IMG/VR virus record: IMGVR_UViG_3300035220_000425
Location: 90 to 64,089 of that record
Strand: one strand, 5' to 3'
Source of the DNA: a virus
Taxonomy: Duplodnaviria > Caudoviricetes
Length of the DNA: 64,000 nucleotides
Under the pieces are notes generated by a model. The model ran no database searches, was not told the origin of the DNA, and saw only the letters and a program-made list of their open reading frames with translations. Below, one piece after another: positions 43,955 through 53,639 of the stretch (positions are counted from its first letter, which is position 1; each line of letters starts with the position of its first letter). Position numbers and translations under genes: made by a program.

Positions 43955-46534
43955 ATGGGATTAAGTAAAATTAGCGGCTCGGGTATTGATGACAATGTAA
44001 TTGTACCTGCAAATCTACATTCTAGCTTTGTTCTACCTATTTCAAAACTTGCGACCGCTGGGGGTGTCACGTTTAATACGCTAGTTCAATGTGGTGGCGA
44101 CCCTAATGATGGCAGTGCTGTTGGGGCGAAGATGCTTCAAAGTGGGGTTATTCAGGCAACTAGAGCGTCTGGGTCAGGAACCAGTGCTGTTTATATGGGA
44201 TTTTTGCAGGGGACTTCTACTGCGACTTCAAGGATTAATGCAAACGGCAGTGCTACGTTTAGTGGTCAAGGTACTTTTAGTGGGGACTTAAGGGTTCAAG
44301 ATGGTGGAAATTTCAGAGTACGTAATGCTAGCAATGCAACTCAAGACGCTATTTTGCTCCAGAACAATGGCAACATAACAGCGGCAGGAGGAGCCACATT
44401 TGGTAGCGCAGTAAATGGACTTTATTTTTCAACAGACAGAACCAACGGCGGTAGTACTGTTCTTGAAGGCTACTTAAACGGCACAAAGAACGTAGATGTT
44501 AAGGCGAATGGCAGCGCCACGTTTGGCAATACAATCACATCGGGTTCCTCAACTGTTCGTGGTCAATTTCTAGGCAATTGTCCTTCAAGCATTACAGCAT
44601 CGGCCGCCGACGCTTTTATTGCTGATTACAATGGAACTACAGTCGCTCGTGTGAGATACGATGGATCCGCCACATTCAATGCCGGCAGCACTTTTGCTGG
44701 AATATGTGGGGGTTCGGCAGGAATTTACGTTGGAGACGCAACAACAACTAACCAAGGCAACGCCAAGGCTCGCATCAATTCCGACGGCAGTATCACTACT
44801 GTTAAATACATTACGAGCACTCGTTTCACAGTTAATGGTGCTCTAAGTTCTAATGTAAATGGCGTTAACTATCCTTTTGCTGCTTATGACGGCAGTAGCA
44901 ATCTTTATGCGTCGATTACCGAATCCGGGGACGCCACATTTGCTGGTGATGTAAATATCGGTAATTCGGCTAAAAATGCACAGTTGGCGGTTGGTGGTGT
45001 ATACAACCAAGTTGGTTTAGCGGTTAGTGCTGGTGGAGCCAGTTACTCAAATTGCGCTGAATTTTATAATTCAGGTAATGTCCTTGCTGCATCAATCGGA
45101 GGGGATGGAGCCTCCACATTTAAGGGAACGGTTACCAGTGGTGGGAATCCAGCCAGTGGTGCAGCCAGAGGTACTTCAATCAATGAGTACGGTACTTTAA
45201 GGGCTGCGAATACAAGTGGCACCGTATTTGAAGGCTACACTGTAGGGACTGCAGCAACCACTTCGCAAATAACAGCGGCAGGAGCCGCCACATTTGCGAC
45301 CAAGGTTACCGCCCCAGATTTTGATTCAAATCATCCAAATGATAGCAGATTCGGAAGATTTAACTGGGCAGGTATTCGTTTCACAAATACTTCTGGCAGC
45401 AACGTATTTCAGTTTGATGCTGATGCCGGTCAAATCACAACAAATGTTAAATCTGCTGGCCATATAGAACTTGACTCCACTGGATCTTTTAGTAGCCCTA
45501 AGGTAAAACTATTTGCTAACACTGGTGCCGCCACATTTGCGGGTACGTTGAACGTAGGTTCTGTTCTTACCGCTAGTGGAGGTTTTCGTGCTAATTCTGA
45601 GGGTACAGTCTTCATCAACCCTGCATCATCTTTAGCAAGTACTGCAACTGTATTTTCAGCCTACGTAGATAGGTCTACTGGTACAGCGACGGCAGTAACA
45701 TTCACGAAAGCAGGATCCGCCACATTTGCGGGTGTTCTTCAAGGTAATCAAAGAGTTGTAGTTAACGGTGCTGGGGGTAAATCAGGAACTGCAAATACTT
45801 TCTTGAACTATGCTGGAGACGCAACGACAGTAACAGCATCAATCGATGCTAATGGCTTGGGTGTTTTTGATGGAGGAGTAAGAGTTACGCATACAGCAAA
45901 TACAAGGCATTGTCGCATGCTTTATGACGGCATATATTCCACCGGTCAGGATCTGTATCTTTGGACAGGTACTACAAATAGCGTAATTTTTGGCAATAAC
46001 AGTTCAGCAAAAATGATGCTCCAGTGTTCTACTGGCGCTTTATTAATTAACCGCACTTCCCAGAATAATCTTGGCAAGCTTTGTCTGGACTTTTACGGCC
46101 AAACAGAAAACGGAATTGTTATAAAAAATACTTGGAATGCAAATAATGCCTACTTCGCTGTTTTTAGGAGTCAAGGTAATCACTTGGCTGGGGGCATTAT
46201 ACAAACGGCTTACAATGCAGTTAATTACAGCAGTGGCTCTGACTACCGCTTAAAAGAAAATGTTATCGACATGCCTGATCCCATTGTTCGCATCAAAAAA
46301 CTGAAGCCAAAACGCTTTAACTTTATATCCGATATTGACAAGAATGAGGTCGATGGATTTCTTGCCCACGAAGCACAAGAAGTCGTACCCGAAGCGGTTG
46401 TAGGAGAAAAGGACGGCAAAGAAATGCAATCCATTGACCACAGCAGATTGGTCCCGCTACTCACTGCTGCTTTGAAGGAAGCAATATCAAGCATCGAAGC
46501 ATTAGAATCAAGGGTGAAGACCCTTGAAAGCTAA
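43955..46534 (+). CDS. Tail fibre C with C-terminal peptidase S74 chaperone
   Basis: GxATFxG junctions; SDYRLKEN...GFLAHE. Confidence 0.9.
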   Translation: MGLSKISGSGIDDNVIVPANLHSSFVLPISKLATAGGVTFNTLVQCGGDPNDGSAVGAKMLQSGVIQATRASGSGTSAVYMGFLQGTSTATSRINANGSATFSGQGTFSGDLRVQDGGNFRVRNASNATQDAILLQNNGNITAAGGATFGSAVNGLYFSTDRTNGGSTVLEGYLNGTKNVDVKANGSATFGNTITSGSSTVRGQFLGNCPSSITASAADAFIADYNGTTVARVRYDGSATFNAGSTFAGICGGSAGIYVGDATTTNQGNAKARINSDGSITTVKYITSTRFTVNGALSSNVNGVNYPFAAYDGSSNLYASITESGDATFAGDVNIGNSAKNAQLAVGGVYNQVGLAVSAGGASYSNCAEFYNSGNVLAASIGGDGASTFKGTVTSGGNPASGAARGTSINEYGTLRAANTSGTVFEGYTVGTAATTSQITAAGAATFATKVTAPDFDSNHPNDSRFGRFNWAGIRFTNTSGSNVFQFDADAGQITTNVKSAGHIELDSTGSFSSPKVKLFANTGAATFAGTLNVGSVLTASGGFRANSEGTVFINPASSLASTATVFSAYVDRSTGTATAVTFTKAGSATFAGVLQGNQRVVVNGAGGKSGTANTFLNYAGDATTVTASIDANGLGVFDGGVRVTHTANTRHCRMLYDGIYSTGQDLYLWTGTTNSVIFGNNSSAKMMLQCSTGALLINRTSQNNLGKLCLDFYGQTENGIVIKNTWNANNAYFAVFRSQGNHLAGGIIQTAYNAVNYSSGSDYRLKENVIDMPDPIVRIKKLKPKRFNFISDIDKNEVDGFLAHEAQEVVPEAVVGEKDGKEMQSIDHSRLVPLLTAALKEAISSIEALESRVKTLES
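44387..45732 (+). repeat. Eight in-frame GCCACATT-type junction repeats (fibre C)
   Basis: Copies at 44387, 44510, 44663, 44927, 45107, 45281, 45524, 45713. Confidence 0.85.
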
Positions 46535-46593
46535 CTATTCTAGAATAAGATTTTAAAAAATAGTTATACTAAGTAGTAGTATTTAATTCTGAA

Positions 46594-47043
46594 GTGACTG
46601 ACACTTACACTTGGTCCGTGTCTAACATGGACTCTTCCACTGTTGACGGGGCCGTAAACACTGTCCACTGGAATCTCGAGGCCACACGTCCCAACCCTGT
46701 AGAAGGCGAATACGACTACAGAGCAGGCTCTTACGGGACAGTAGGTTTTATTCCAAACCCAGCGAGTAAAAAATTCATTAGTTATGATGACTTGACTGAA
46801 GAAACTTGCGTCAAGTGGGTTCTTGACTATTACGGGTCAGAACAAGTTGCCAGAATGCAATTAATGCAAAGCTCTGTTCTGGACGAGCAGCAAACTCCAA
46901 CTAAATTTTCAGGGACTCCCTGGGGAAGGGCTATCCAAGAAATGGACGAGCAAGAGGCAGCAGAACAAGAGGAGTCTACAGAACAAGAGGAGTCTGCTGA
47001 GGGAGAGGATTCTACTGAGGAAGAGGATGGAAGCCTAGAATAA
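46594..47043 (+). CDS. Tail fibre assembly protein (putative)
   Basis: TYTWSV...TVHW...FISYDDLTEE..VKWV...GTPW with acidic tail; follows the fibres. Confidence 0.65.
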   Translation: MTDTYTWSVSNMDSSTVDGAVNTVHWNLEATRPNPVEGEYDYRAGSYGTVGFIPNPASKKFISYDDLTEETCVKWVLDYYGSEQVARMQLMQSSVLDEQQTPTKFSGTPWGRAIQEMDEQEAAEQEESTEQEESAEGEDSTEEEDGSLE

Positions 47044-47061
47044 CTTAAGGTTTAGAATGCG

Positions 47062-47310
47062 GTGATTGAGATTTTAGCCGCTGTAACAGGAGCAATGGTA
47101 GGGGTCGCAGGCATTGGCGCGACCCAATTAATAAGAAAGAGTGGAGACAATAGAGAGGTGATTGCCAAGCTAACTGTGGGGGTTGACCACATCGGACAAG
47201 AACTCACAGCATTAAGGGCTGACATGAAGATGGATCGGCAGGAAATGTATTCACGTCTAAATGAATGCGAACAAAGATTATCGGTAATTGAGTCACAGAA
47301 GAAGCGTTAG
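47062..47310 (+). CDS. Single-TM plus coiled-coil protein (holin/antiholin-like)
   Basis: N-terminal TM segment and coiled coil; in lysis cassette. Confidence 0.55.
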   Translation: MIEILAAVTGAMVGVAGIGATQLIRKSGDNREVIAKLTVGVDHIGQELTALRADMKMDRQEMYSRLNECEQRLSVIESQKKR

Positions 47311-47345
47311 CAGCCTTGGCAGACTAGCGCAGTTACAGTAATACG

Positions 47346-47531
47346 ATGTCATTTATCACAACAGCAATCGACAAATCACCGGAATTTATCACAGCCTTAT
47401 TTACCATTCACGCTGCAGCAGTCGCTATTGTCAACCTGACGCCGACTCCTAAAGATGACGAGATTGTAGCTAAGTTTTACAGAATTATTGAAATTCTTGC
47501 AGGTCTCGTATCAAGAACTGCTAAGAGATGA
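47346..47531 (+). CDS. Putative holin
   Basis: TM segment followed by TPTPKDD; upstream of endolysin. Confidence 0.6.
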   Translation: MSFITTAIDKSPEFITALFTIHAAAVAIVNLTPTPKDDEIVAKFYRIIEILAGLVSRTAKR

Positions 47532-47707
47532 AAGAAATTGTACGTAATCCTTTAATGGCAGATAGGCCTTTAAGAGAAGCTCGAATGCGGATATGTAGAT
47601 CTTGTCCGTTCTACCAAAGGAATATAAAAAGATGTTCAAAGTGTGGCTGCATAGTGCCTGCAAAAGTATGGGTTCAAAATTCTAAGTGCCCTGTCAGTAA
47701 ATGGTAG
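47528..47707 (+). CDS. Cys-rich small protein 1 (DUF6171-like), 59 aa
   Basis: RMRICRSC...RCSKCGC..PAK.....KCPVSKW; ATGA overlap. Confidence 0.8.
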   Translation: MKEIVRNPLMADRPLREARMRICRSCPFYQRNIKRCSKCGCIVPAKVWVQNSKCPVSKW

Positions 47708-47853
47708 ATTTAGCTCAAGCCAAAGAGCGTTACAGCATTTGCAAGAAATGTGAGTACTTAGAAAGGAATCATAAGCGCTGCACCCTTTGCATGTGTTACG
47801 CAAATTGCAAAGTAGAAAAGCCAGAAGAAACCTGTCCACTCGGTAAGTGGTAA
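47701..47853 (+). CDS. Cys-rich small protein 2 (DUF6171-like), 50 aa
   Basis: RYSICKKC...RCTLCMC...K.....TCPLGKW. Confidence 0.8.
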   Translation: MVDLAQAKERYSICKKCEYLERNHKRCTLCMCYANCKVEKPEETCPLGKW

Positions 47854-47880
47854 GGAACACTAGCGAGCATAATTAGACCT

Positions 47881-49029
47881 ATGTCAAAAACAACCTGGGA
47901 TTCAATTTATACTATTGCTGAGAAGTTTGGCAGCAAATTTCCTGATGTCGTCAGCGCTCAGTGGAGTTTGGAGAGTGGCTTCGGAAAATTTACTTCAGGC
48001 GTCAATAACTTCTTTGGAATCAAGGGAGAGGGAACAAAAAAGACGACAAAAGAGTGGGATGGAGAAAAGTTTATAGAGATTATTGATGAGTTTAAAGATT
48101 TCGATTCTCCAGAACTTTGCGTCAAAGAGTTGGTTGAAAAGTGGTACAAGGATTATAAAGGTTATAGCGGTGTAAATAGGGCTAAATCTAGAAATGAGGC
48201 TGCTAGGCTTTTGATGAAGGAATCATACGCGACTGATCCTGAATATGCCGAAAAACTAATTAAACTTATGGATGAATACAGCAAAGATCACCCGGACCCT
48301 GTTGTAGCTGCCAATAGGCCGATCAAGTTACTAGAGGCTGCCAAACATTACAAAGGAGAAGTCCATCAGGATAGCGCCTGGCTGCTCCTGGACGGGCTTT
48401 TAACAGACGCTCAGAGGCAAGTCTTCACAACGGCCTACAGGAGGCCTCAGAAGCCCTCCAGAAGGGGTTACCAAGTCTTCTCACGCAATCCCTTAAATGT
48501 GGACTATTTCTGGCAAAGAGATTCCACTACAGGACACGGAGAAAGAAGTTGCCAGTCTTCAGCAGTCGCGATGGCCGTTGACTATATAAACCCAAACTTG
48601 ATTGAAGACGACGATGATTACTTGCGTTTAGTTTTTAGATTTGGCGATACGGTCTCGCAATCTGCTCACAAGTCAGCGCTGGAAAGCCTGGGGATGCAAA
48701 ACGAGTTCAAAATGAATGGATCAGAAGACGACATCGTAAATCTGATCGACAGGGGCTACCCAGTTCCTATAGGCATTTTGCATCGAGGCTACATCCATAG
48801 TCCGAATGGAGGGGGGCACTGGGTCACAATAATTGGATACACAAAGAAAGATTTCTTGGTCAATGATCCATTTGGTAAATTAGACATTATCTCGGGCGGA
48901 TATTCAAACGCAGAATACGGATCGGGGAACAGGGTGGCCTATCCTCGTGACATGCTAATGAAGCGTTGGTTGATTTCAAGCAATACTGACGGTTGGTATT
49001 GGGACTTAAGTGGTAATAAAATACATTAA
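47881..49029 (+). CDS. Endolysin: GH73 glucosaminidase plus C39-like peptidase
   Basis: AQWSLESGFG, NNFFGIKG and YATDPEY; QRD...SCQSS, GHWVTIIGY and NDP. Confidence 0.9.
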   Translation: MSKTTWDSIYTIAEKFGSKFPDVVSAQWSLESGFGKFTSGVNNFFGIKGEGTKKTTKEWDGEKFIEIIDEFKDFDSPELCVKELVEKWYKDYKGYSGVNRAKSRNEAARLLMKESYATDPEYAEKLIKLMDEYSKDHPDPVVAANRPIKLLEAAKHYKGEVHQDSAWLLLDGLLTDAQRQVFTTAYRRPQKPSRRGYQVFSRNPLNVDYFWQRDSTTGHGERSCQSSAVAMAVDYINPNLIEDDDDYLRLVFRFGDTVSQSAHKSALESLGMQNEFKMNGSEDDIVNLIDRGYPVPIGILHRGYIHSPNGGGHWVTIIGYTKKDFLVNDPFGKLDIISGGYSNAEYGSGNRVAYPRDMLMKRWLISSNTDGWYWDLSGNKIH

Positions 49030-49030
49030 C

Positions 49031-49237
49031 ATGAAACAAGTTATACTATATTTTCTTCCCGGATACTATTGGGACGGCCGAAGAGTTCTGAGTACAGGAG
49101 TTGCTCTAAGTCCAACGCAGCACATTAACAAAAAGAATGGAGAAGTTATGTACTATGTCAAGCCTGTAGGGTGGCCTCATTCTTTGTACATTCGACACCA
49201 GGGCATACTTGATTATGTAGAAACATTAAAGGTCTAG
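49031..49237 (+). CDS. Hypothetical protein
   Basis: ATG 49031 just after the endolysin stop. Confidence 0.55.
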   Translation: MKQVILYFLPGYYWDGRRVLSTGVALSPTQHINKKNGEVMYYVKPVGWPHSLYIRHQGILDYVETLKV

Positions 49238-49609
49238 TTATTCTACGCCTGGCCCGGTCTCAATAATTTCTATCAAATAATTCTCCACTTGGTCTATCTC
49301 CCAATCAAACGTATTCGCAAGCACATTGCCTAAAACATTAAGTTGCTGCTCATGACTGCCATTCCAGTGACCATTCTTCATGGCATCGTCTCGTATCTCT
49401 TTTATGCCAATAAGAACATTGAGCTCACATAACTCTTCATACTGTTCGTTGACTGTTTCATTGTGCTGTAATCTGTCTTTGTCTACAAGATGCAGCATTT
49501 TGTTTACAAAAAATGAAAAGATCTGTACAATAATCAAACAAATATTCTTTACGGATATGACGACAAAGTCATGCAAACTAACAATTGATGTAAAGAAAAA
49601 ATTTTTCAT
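49238..49609 (-). CDS. Hypothetical protein
   Basis: In-frame ATG 49609 follows the helicase stop. Confidence 0.6.
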   Translation of the reverse strand: MKNFFFTSIVSLHDFVVISVKNICLIIVQIFSFFVNKMLHLVDKDRLQHNETVNEQYEELCELNVLIGIKEIRDDAMKNGHWNGSHEQQLNVLGNVLANTFDWEIDQVENYLIEIIETGPGVE

Positions 49610-49610
49610 T

Positions 49611-51368
49611 TCAGATAATTGAGGTTGCTTTTCTGTGAACTTCTGACCTCGTATTGTCGCTTTCAACAAAAGAACATTCATAAGCGATACGAATTACACT
49701 TTTGTCAATAAAGCCTTTTACGCTGTCAAGTGTTCCTTTATCTTCTGACCATAAAGCTTGTCCGCCTCTGACTTTAGAGTGCCATATCTCAAGGTCTCTC
49801 TTAGGTGAATCTGCTTCTGTCCGTTCTTTCCTGACAAGCCAGCAAGCATGCGAGACATGAGCTAACGCATCGGTCCCTCTTATTTCATTCAATTGTGGCT
49901 CAGCATTAGAAGTGCTATCTAGTCCAATCCTGTTCATTTGAGCAAGAACAAAGAGATCAATGTCTAGCTCTTTAGCTGCTGTCATAAGTCGATAAGCTCT
50001 ATCCTCTAGCATTGAAGATTGGTTGCTGGCCGATCCACCTTTATGGCGAGCCAAAGCATGAAAATGATCCAGTACTATTGCTCTAAGCTCTGGATTTTTC
50101 GCTTTCATACTTCTCATGGTGTTTATGGCACTTTCAACGCAAGCACCCCACGGAGCTTCGACTAAAATGTTGCCGCCTCGGCTCTCAAGAGACATGGAGA
50201 CGTTGGAGACAATCTCTGCAATTTTTGATTGAGACTTGGTCGATCCAGGTAGTTCTAGTTCTCTGACTGTTACAAATCCTAAGTCGTCAGAATCAAGCCT
50301 GCTGTAATGTATAGGATGAAAAGTTTTTGTTAAGTTTGCGATTATTCTTGCTTCAATTGATCTGTTATCAAGCTCGGCCGATATAAACCCGACGGTTAAA
50401 GACCCGGCGGCTAGCTGGCAGGCAATATGGACCCCTAGAGCCGTCTTGCCTACCCCGGTTCTGGCGGCAATAGTCATAAGCCTTCCAGCCTTAGGCATAT
50501 TTGGCCTCGGCGGAGCCACTCCACCTTCAATGTCTAAGTCAAAAGCAAAAACTCCAGTCGAAACCGGTTTGTCTTGCTCTGCAGCATTCAAGATGTAGTC
50601 AGCCCAGTTCAACCGGTTAGACCCTGGACTTCCAGTAATGCTTTCCATTAAGTCTACGATTTGCCCTTGGTTCCCTATAGATCCACTAAGCATGCTTATG
50701 CATTCCATGCTTCTCTCATGCAGAAATTTCAGCGCTTTTTGAATATTAGGATCAGTTTTTAGATACTGATTGGATTCGTAAAGAGTATCTCTATAAAGAG
50801 AAGAAACACGCTTCTGCTTAAGGACATCGAGAGCGGTGTCCCATTCGATCTCTTCGTCACCATACCTATCAATAGTCTCTTGGTCCGAAAGCTCACTTAT
50901 GGTTTCGCAAAAGTCCATAAAAGAACAGAAAGAATTGTTGCTTATAATAGCTTCATAACCTGTTACTAAGCTATCTTTAGATATTAATTTGCCAGTACGT
51001 TCTCCTAGGAAAGTTAAATCAATTTCTCTTGCAATTGCTTTAAACTCGGTGCTTGACCAAAGAGTTGAAGGCAACTCCTGTCCATGCCCTACTCCAAAAG
51101 CCGTCCTGACTTGTGACCATAGTTCTTTCGCTAGACCAGAAGGCTTGCTAAGAACTCTAGTGAGAACGATTGCCTCTTGGTTCTTCGTGTCTTCACGTTC
51201 TAATATTGTCGAAGGTTGCAGTTTCTCTACAAGTCGTGCTGTTTTCGTTACAGATTCTACGGCTCCGACGTTGACTTCAACAATTTTTCCACCTTCTTCC
51301 TTTAGTAGCCCCAAGTCTAAGGCTTTTTGGATATAGTACGGAAATTCCATTTCAGAAAGGCTCCACAC
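49611..51368 (-). CDS. dnaB: DnaB-like replicative helicase
   Basis: Walker A AARTGVGKT, ISAEL, VLDHFH, LAQMNR, EIRGTDALAH. Confidence 0.9.
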   Translation of the reverse strand: MWSLSEMEFPYYIQKALDLGLLKEEGGKIVEVNVGAVESVTKTARLVEKLQPSTILEREDTKNQEAIVLTRVLSKPSGLAKELWSQVRTAFGVGHGQELPSTLWSSTEFKAIAREIDLTFLGERTGKLISKDSLVTGYEAIISNNSFCSFMDFCETISELSDQETIDRYGDEEIEWDTALDVLKQKRVSSLYRDTLYESNQYLKTDPNIQKALKFLHERSMECISMLSGSIGNQGQIVDLMESITGSPGSNRLNWADYILNAAEQDKPVSTGVFAFDLDIEGGVAPPRPNMPKAGRLMTIAARTGVGKTALGVHIACQLAAGSLTVGFISAELDNRSIEARIIANLTKTFHPIHYSRLDSDDLGFVTVRELELPGSTKSQSKIAEIVSNVSMSLESRGGNILVEAPWGACVESAINTMRSMKAKNPELRAIVLDHFHALARHKGGSASNQSSMLEDRAYRLMTAAKELDIDLFVLAQMNRIGLDSTSNAEPQLNEIRGTDALAHVSHACWLVRKERTEADSPKRDLEIWHSKVRGGQALWSEDKGTLDSVKGFIDKSVIRIAYECSFVESDNTRSEVHRKATSII

Positions 51369-52290
51369 TAATACTCGCTTGTTTTAATTCATCGTCAACT
51401 TTTTTCAAATACATAGTCCATTTTTTTATTTCATTTATATCGCCACTTACTTTTGCTTTTTCAAGCCTAAATGTATATTCTTTGTAGCTATTTATTAAAT
51501 CTTGATCATCCTGAGAGATGTAAGCATTATTTGACTCTTCATGCATGTCGATACCTAAGAAATATAGTAATTCGACGTTTCTAAGCTTTTTGTCAAGCGT
51601 CTTTCCGTATCCAAAAATAGTACTAAAAGTTTTAGAAGAATTTTTATTTAGCCAGAAGTCATCTTTATGAATACCTTCGCAGACCCCTTTTATAAATTCA
51701 GACAATTGTTTCCGTGACAAAGTTAAGTTTTTCAGATGCGCCAATACGGCTTCTTCTTGCTTCTTAGTTATTTTTCTTACAGACTGGTAACTTTTTGGCC
51801 TGTAAGTATTCCATGCATCCTTGCAAATTTCCATGTAATCAACCTCTTCTTTCTTGATTTTTTCCTGTACTTTTTGGATTTCTATTTTCGGTTCTTGAGA
51901 ATAATCAAACCGATGATCAATCCGTGTAATAGTTTCTTTGCTTATCTTGCAAAAAGCCTTGTATGGGTCATGCATTATAACTACTCCACAATTATCTATG
52001 GTTATAAATCCTTCTTCAACAAGTTGTGAAAGACAACTTCTCCGAGATTTTGTCCCGCAAGACAAAGAAGATTCGCAGTCAGACCAGTGTATATTCTTGT
52101 TCCCAGGATGTATTGAAGCTAGCCAGAGCCATAAAAGTCGAGCTTGCATCGTAAGCCGATCGTTGAAGATTATTTCCGCCTTAGGGGCTCTAACCCATCC
52201 TCCCTCATAGTCCCACGACCTTGAAATAGATGTCAGTGGACCCCTTGGCAGGGTGATCTCATCAACCATGAAAAATTCCTTATGAGCCAT
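51352..52290 (-). CDS. Putative replication initiator (N-terminal winged helix)
   Basis: LTMQARLLWLWL...LSQLVEEGFI HTH; co-transcribed with helicase; adjacent to iterons. Confidence 0.7.
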   Translation of the reverse strand: MAHKEFFMVDEITLPRGPLTSISRSWDYEGGWVRAPKAEIIFNDRLTMQARLLWLWLASIHPGNKNIHWSDCESSLSCGTKSRRSCLSQLVEEGFITIDNCGVVIMHDPYKAFCKISKETITRIDHRFDYSQEPKIEIQKVQEKIKKEEVDYMEICKDAWNTYRPKSYQSVRKITKKQEEAVLAHLKNLTLSRKQLSEFIKGVCEGIHKDDFWLNKNSSKTFSTIFGYGKTLDKKLRNVELLYFLGIDMHEESNNAYISQDDQDLINSYKEYTFRLEKAKVSGDINEIKKWTMYLKKVDDELKQASISVEPF

Positions 52291-52316
52291 GATAAAGACG
52301 ATGTCAAGTGTGTCTT

Positions 52317-52482
52317 GGGGGGGTGAACTGAGAGGTTACCTGCGGGAACCCTGGGGTGACCTAAAGCAATCCCTAAGGGTTACCTCAGTACAGGTTTGGG
52401 GTTTACTCAGGAAACCCCAGAGGGTGAACTGGGTACACCCCACTTATAAGATATATAATAAGATCAAATTAAGATTAGTAAT
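52317..52482. repeat. Iteron-like array plus AT-rich tract: putative replication origin
   Basis: GGGTKWMCT-like units at about 52320, 52332, 52353, 52376, 52398, 52421 with interleaved inverted copies; AT-rich 52444-52482. Confidence 0.7.
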
Positions 52483-52508
52483 CAGACCAAAAGTTGAGGA
52501 AGGATTAA

Positions 52509-52778
52509 ATGGCAGGACCAGGCAGGCCGAGAAGAAAGAGGGCTCTCACTCAGGCTCAGAAGGAGGAGCGGCGAGCTCGCTACAACAGCAATCGCCAGAA
52601 AGCTCGGGGCATTCAAGCCAAAGAGCTAAGGGAAGCCAGGAAAGAGTGGGAGGACATCGGCTGGATAGTCAGCAAGATGAGCAATCAAGCAAAAATGAGC
52701 CAAGAGGCTATCTATGAGGTATTAGGAGGAGTGTTTACAAAATCAAAAATTCTTGAATGGAGCAGAAAAGGTAGATAA
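52509..52778 (+). CDS. Small basic DNA-binding protein (putative)
   Basis: GPGRPRRKR N-terminus; GAGGAAGG RBS. Confidence 0.6.
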   Translation: MAGPGRPRRKRALTQAQKEERRARYNSNRQKARGIQAKELREARKEWEDIGWIVSKMSNQAKMSQEAIYEVLGGVFTKSKILEWSRKGR

Positions 52779-52811
52779 GACAAGTAAAGTACTTGTATTG
52801 ACATTTAATTC

Positions 52812-53576
52812 ATGACAGACAGCAATCCGTCGCCAAATCAGTTTCCTGTGGAGCTACCAAACCTCAAAGGCGTTGCAACCAATGACCTTGTGGAATCGAT
52901 CGGGACCGGTAAATACAGTGCTACCTATATCAACTGGAGCCGGACGATGCAGTTGCTCCGAGATCATGCACCTGGATGGATGCCTGAACTTGTTCCAAGC
53001 ACCAGAAATGGCGGTGTTCTGTGGGAATCGCCAGTAGGGTGCTACTTAATGCTTAGGTTTCAACACATTTCTGGCTACGTGACCCCGATGGTTCCGCAGG
53101 CGATTATGGATTACAAAAATAATTCCATTCCGCTTGCAAAAATTACATCTCGAGATATTACAGACACTGAAAGACGTGGTAGCTGTCTCCTAGCTTCTAA
53201 GCAATTCGGCCTAGCTTACGAACTATGGGCGAAAATGCCTCTCGAGAATCCCTACAGAGTCGTAGACGATCTCCCTAAAGAAGCCTCTTCGTCGTCTGCG
53301 AAACTGCCAATGAAGAAGCCTGAGAAGCCAAAAGCATCTCCTGTTCTTAAATCGGAACCTTTGATCCCGGACGATGGAAGTGAACTTCGCGAAACTTTCA
53401 TGAACGCCTTGCGTGGCATTGGTTTAATGGAAGAACTTATCGAAAGTTTTACTGACAAAGCCAGAGACGGCAAAGGGTATCAGGAGGGAATGTCTTCCAT
53501 ATACAGCTTCCCACAAGGATGGGCGGAGGAGCAGAACAAAAAATTTCGAGAAAAGCAAGAAGCTTCGGCATATTAG
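52812..53576 (+). CDS. Single-strand annealing protein, Sak3/DUF1071-like
   Basis: TYINWSR...QAIMDYKNNSI...DITDTERR...FGLAYELW. Confidence 0.7.
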   Translation: MTDSNPSPNQFPVELPNLKGVATNDLVESIGTGKYSATYINWSRTMQLLRDHAPGWMPELVPSTRNGGVLWESPVGCYLMLRFQHISGYVTPMVPQAIMDYKNNSIPLAKITSRDITDTERRGSCLLASKQFGLAYELWAKMPLENPYRVVDDLPKEASSSSAKLPMKKPEKPKASPVLKSEPLIPDDGSELRETFMNALRGIGLMEELIESFTDKARDGKGYQEGMSSIYSFPQGWAEEQNKKFREKQEASAY

Positions 53577-53639
53577 TCTTGAAGACGCAGCAGAAAGTCT
53601 TGCGACTTTCTTTTCAGGCAAAATAGTTATTTTAGAATC

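Noticed and set aside
37866-45732. CRISPR array or shufflon
   Set aside because: The repeats are in-frame, degenerate and all direct, with 120-260 nt spacing; no cas or invertase gene is present
22790-46534. Diversity-generating retroelement targeting a fibre
   Set aside because: No reverse transcriptase ORF, and no ~100-nt TR/VR pair differing only at adenines was seen in the window; one could lie outside it
46945-47030. GAACAAGAGGAGTCT tandem repeat
   Set aside because: Short slippage duplication in an acidic C-terminal tail
52289-52717. 142-aa ORF from the track
   Set aside because: Runs through the iteron array and overlaps the better-supported 52509..52778 ORF
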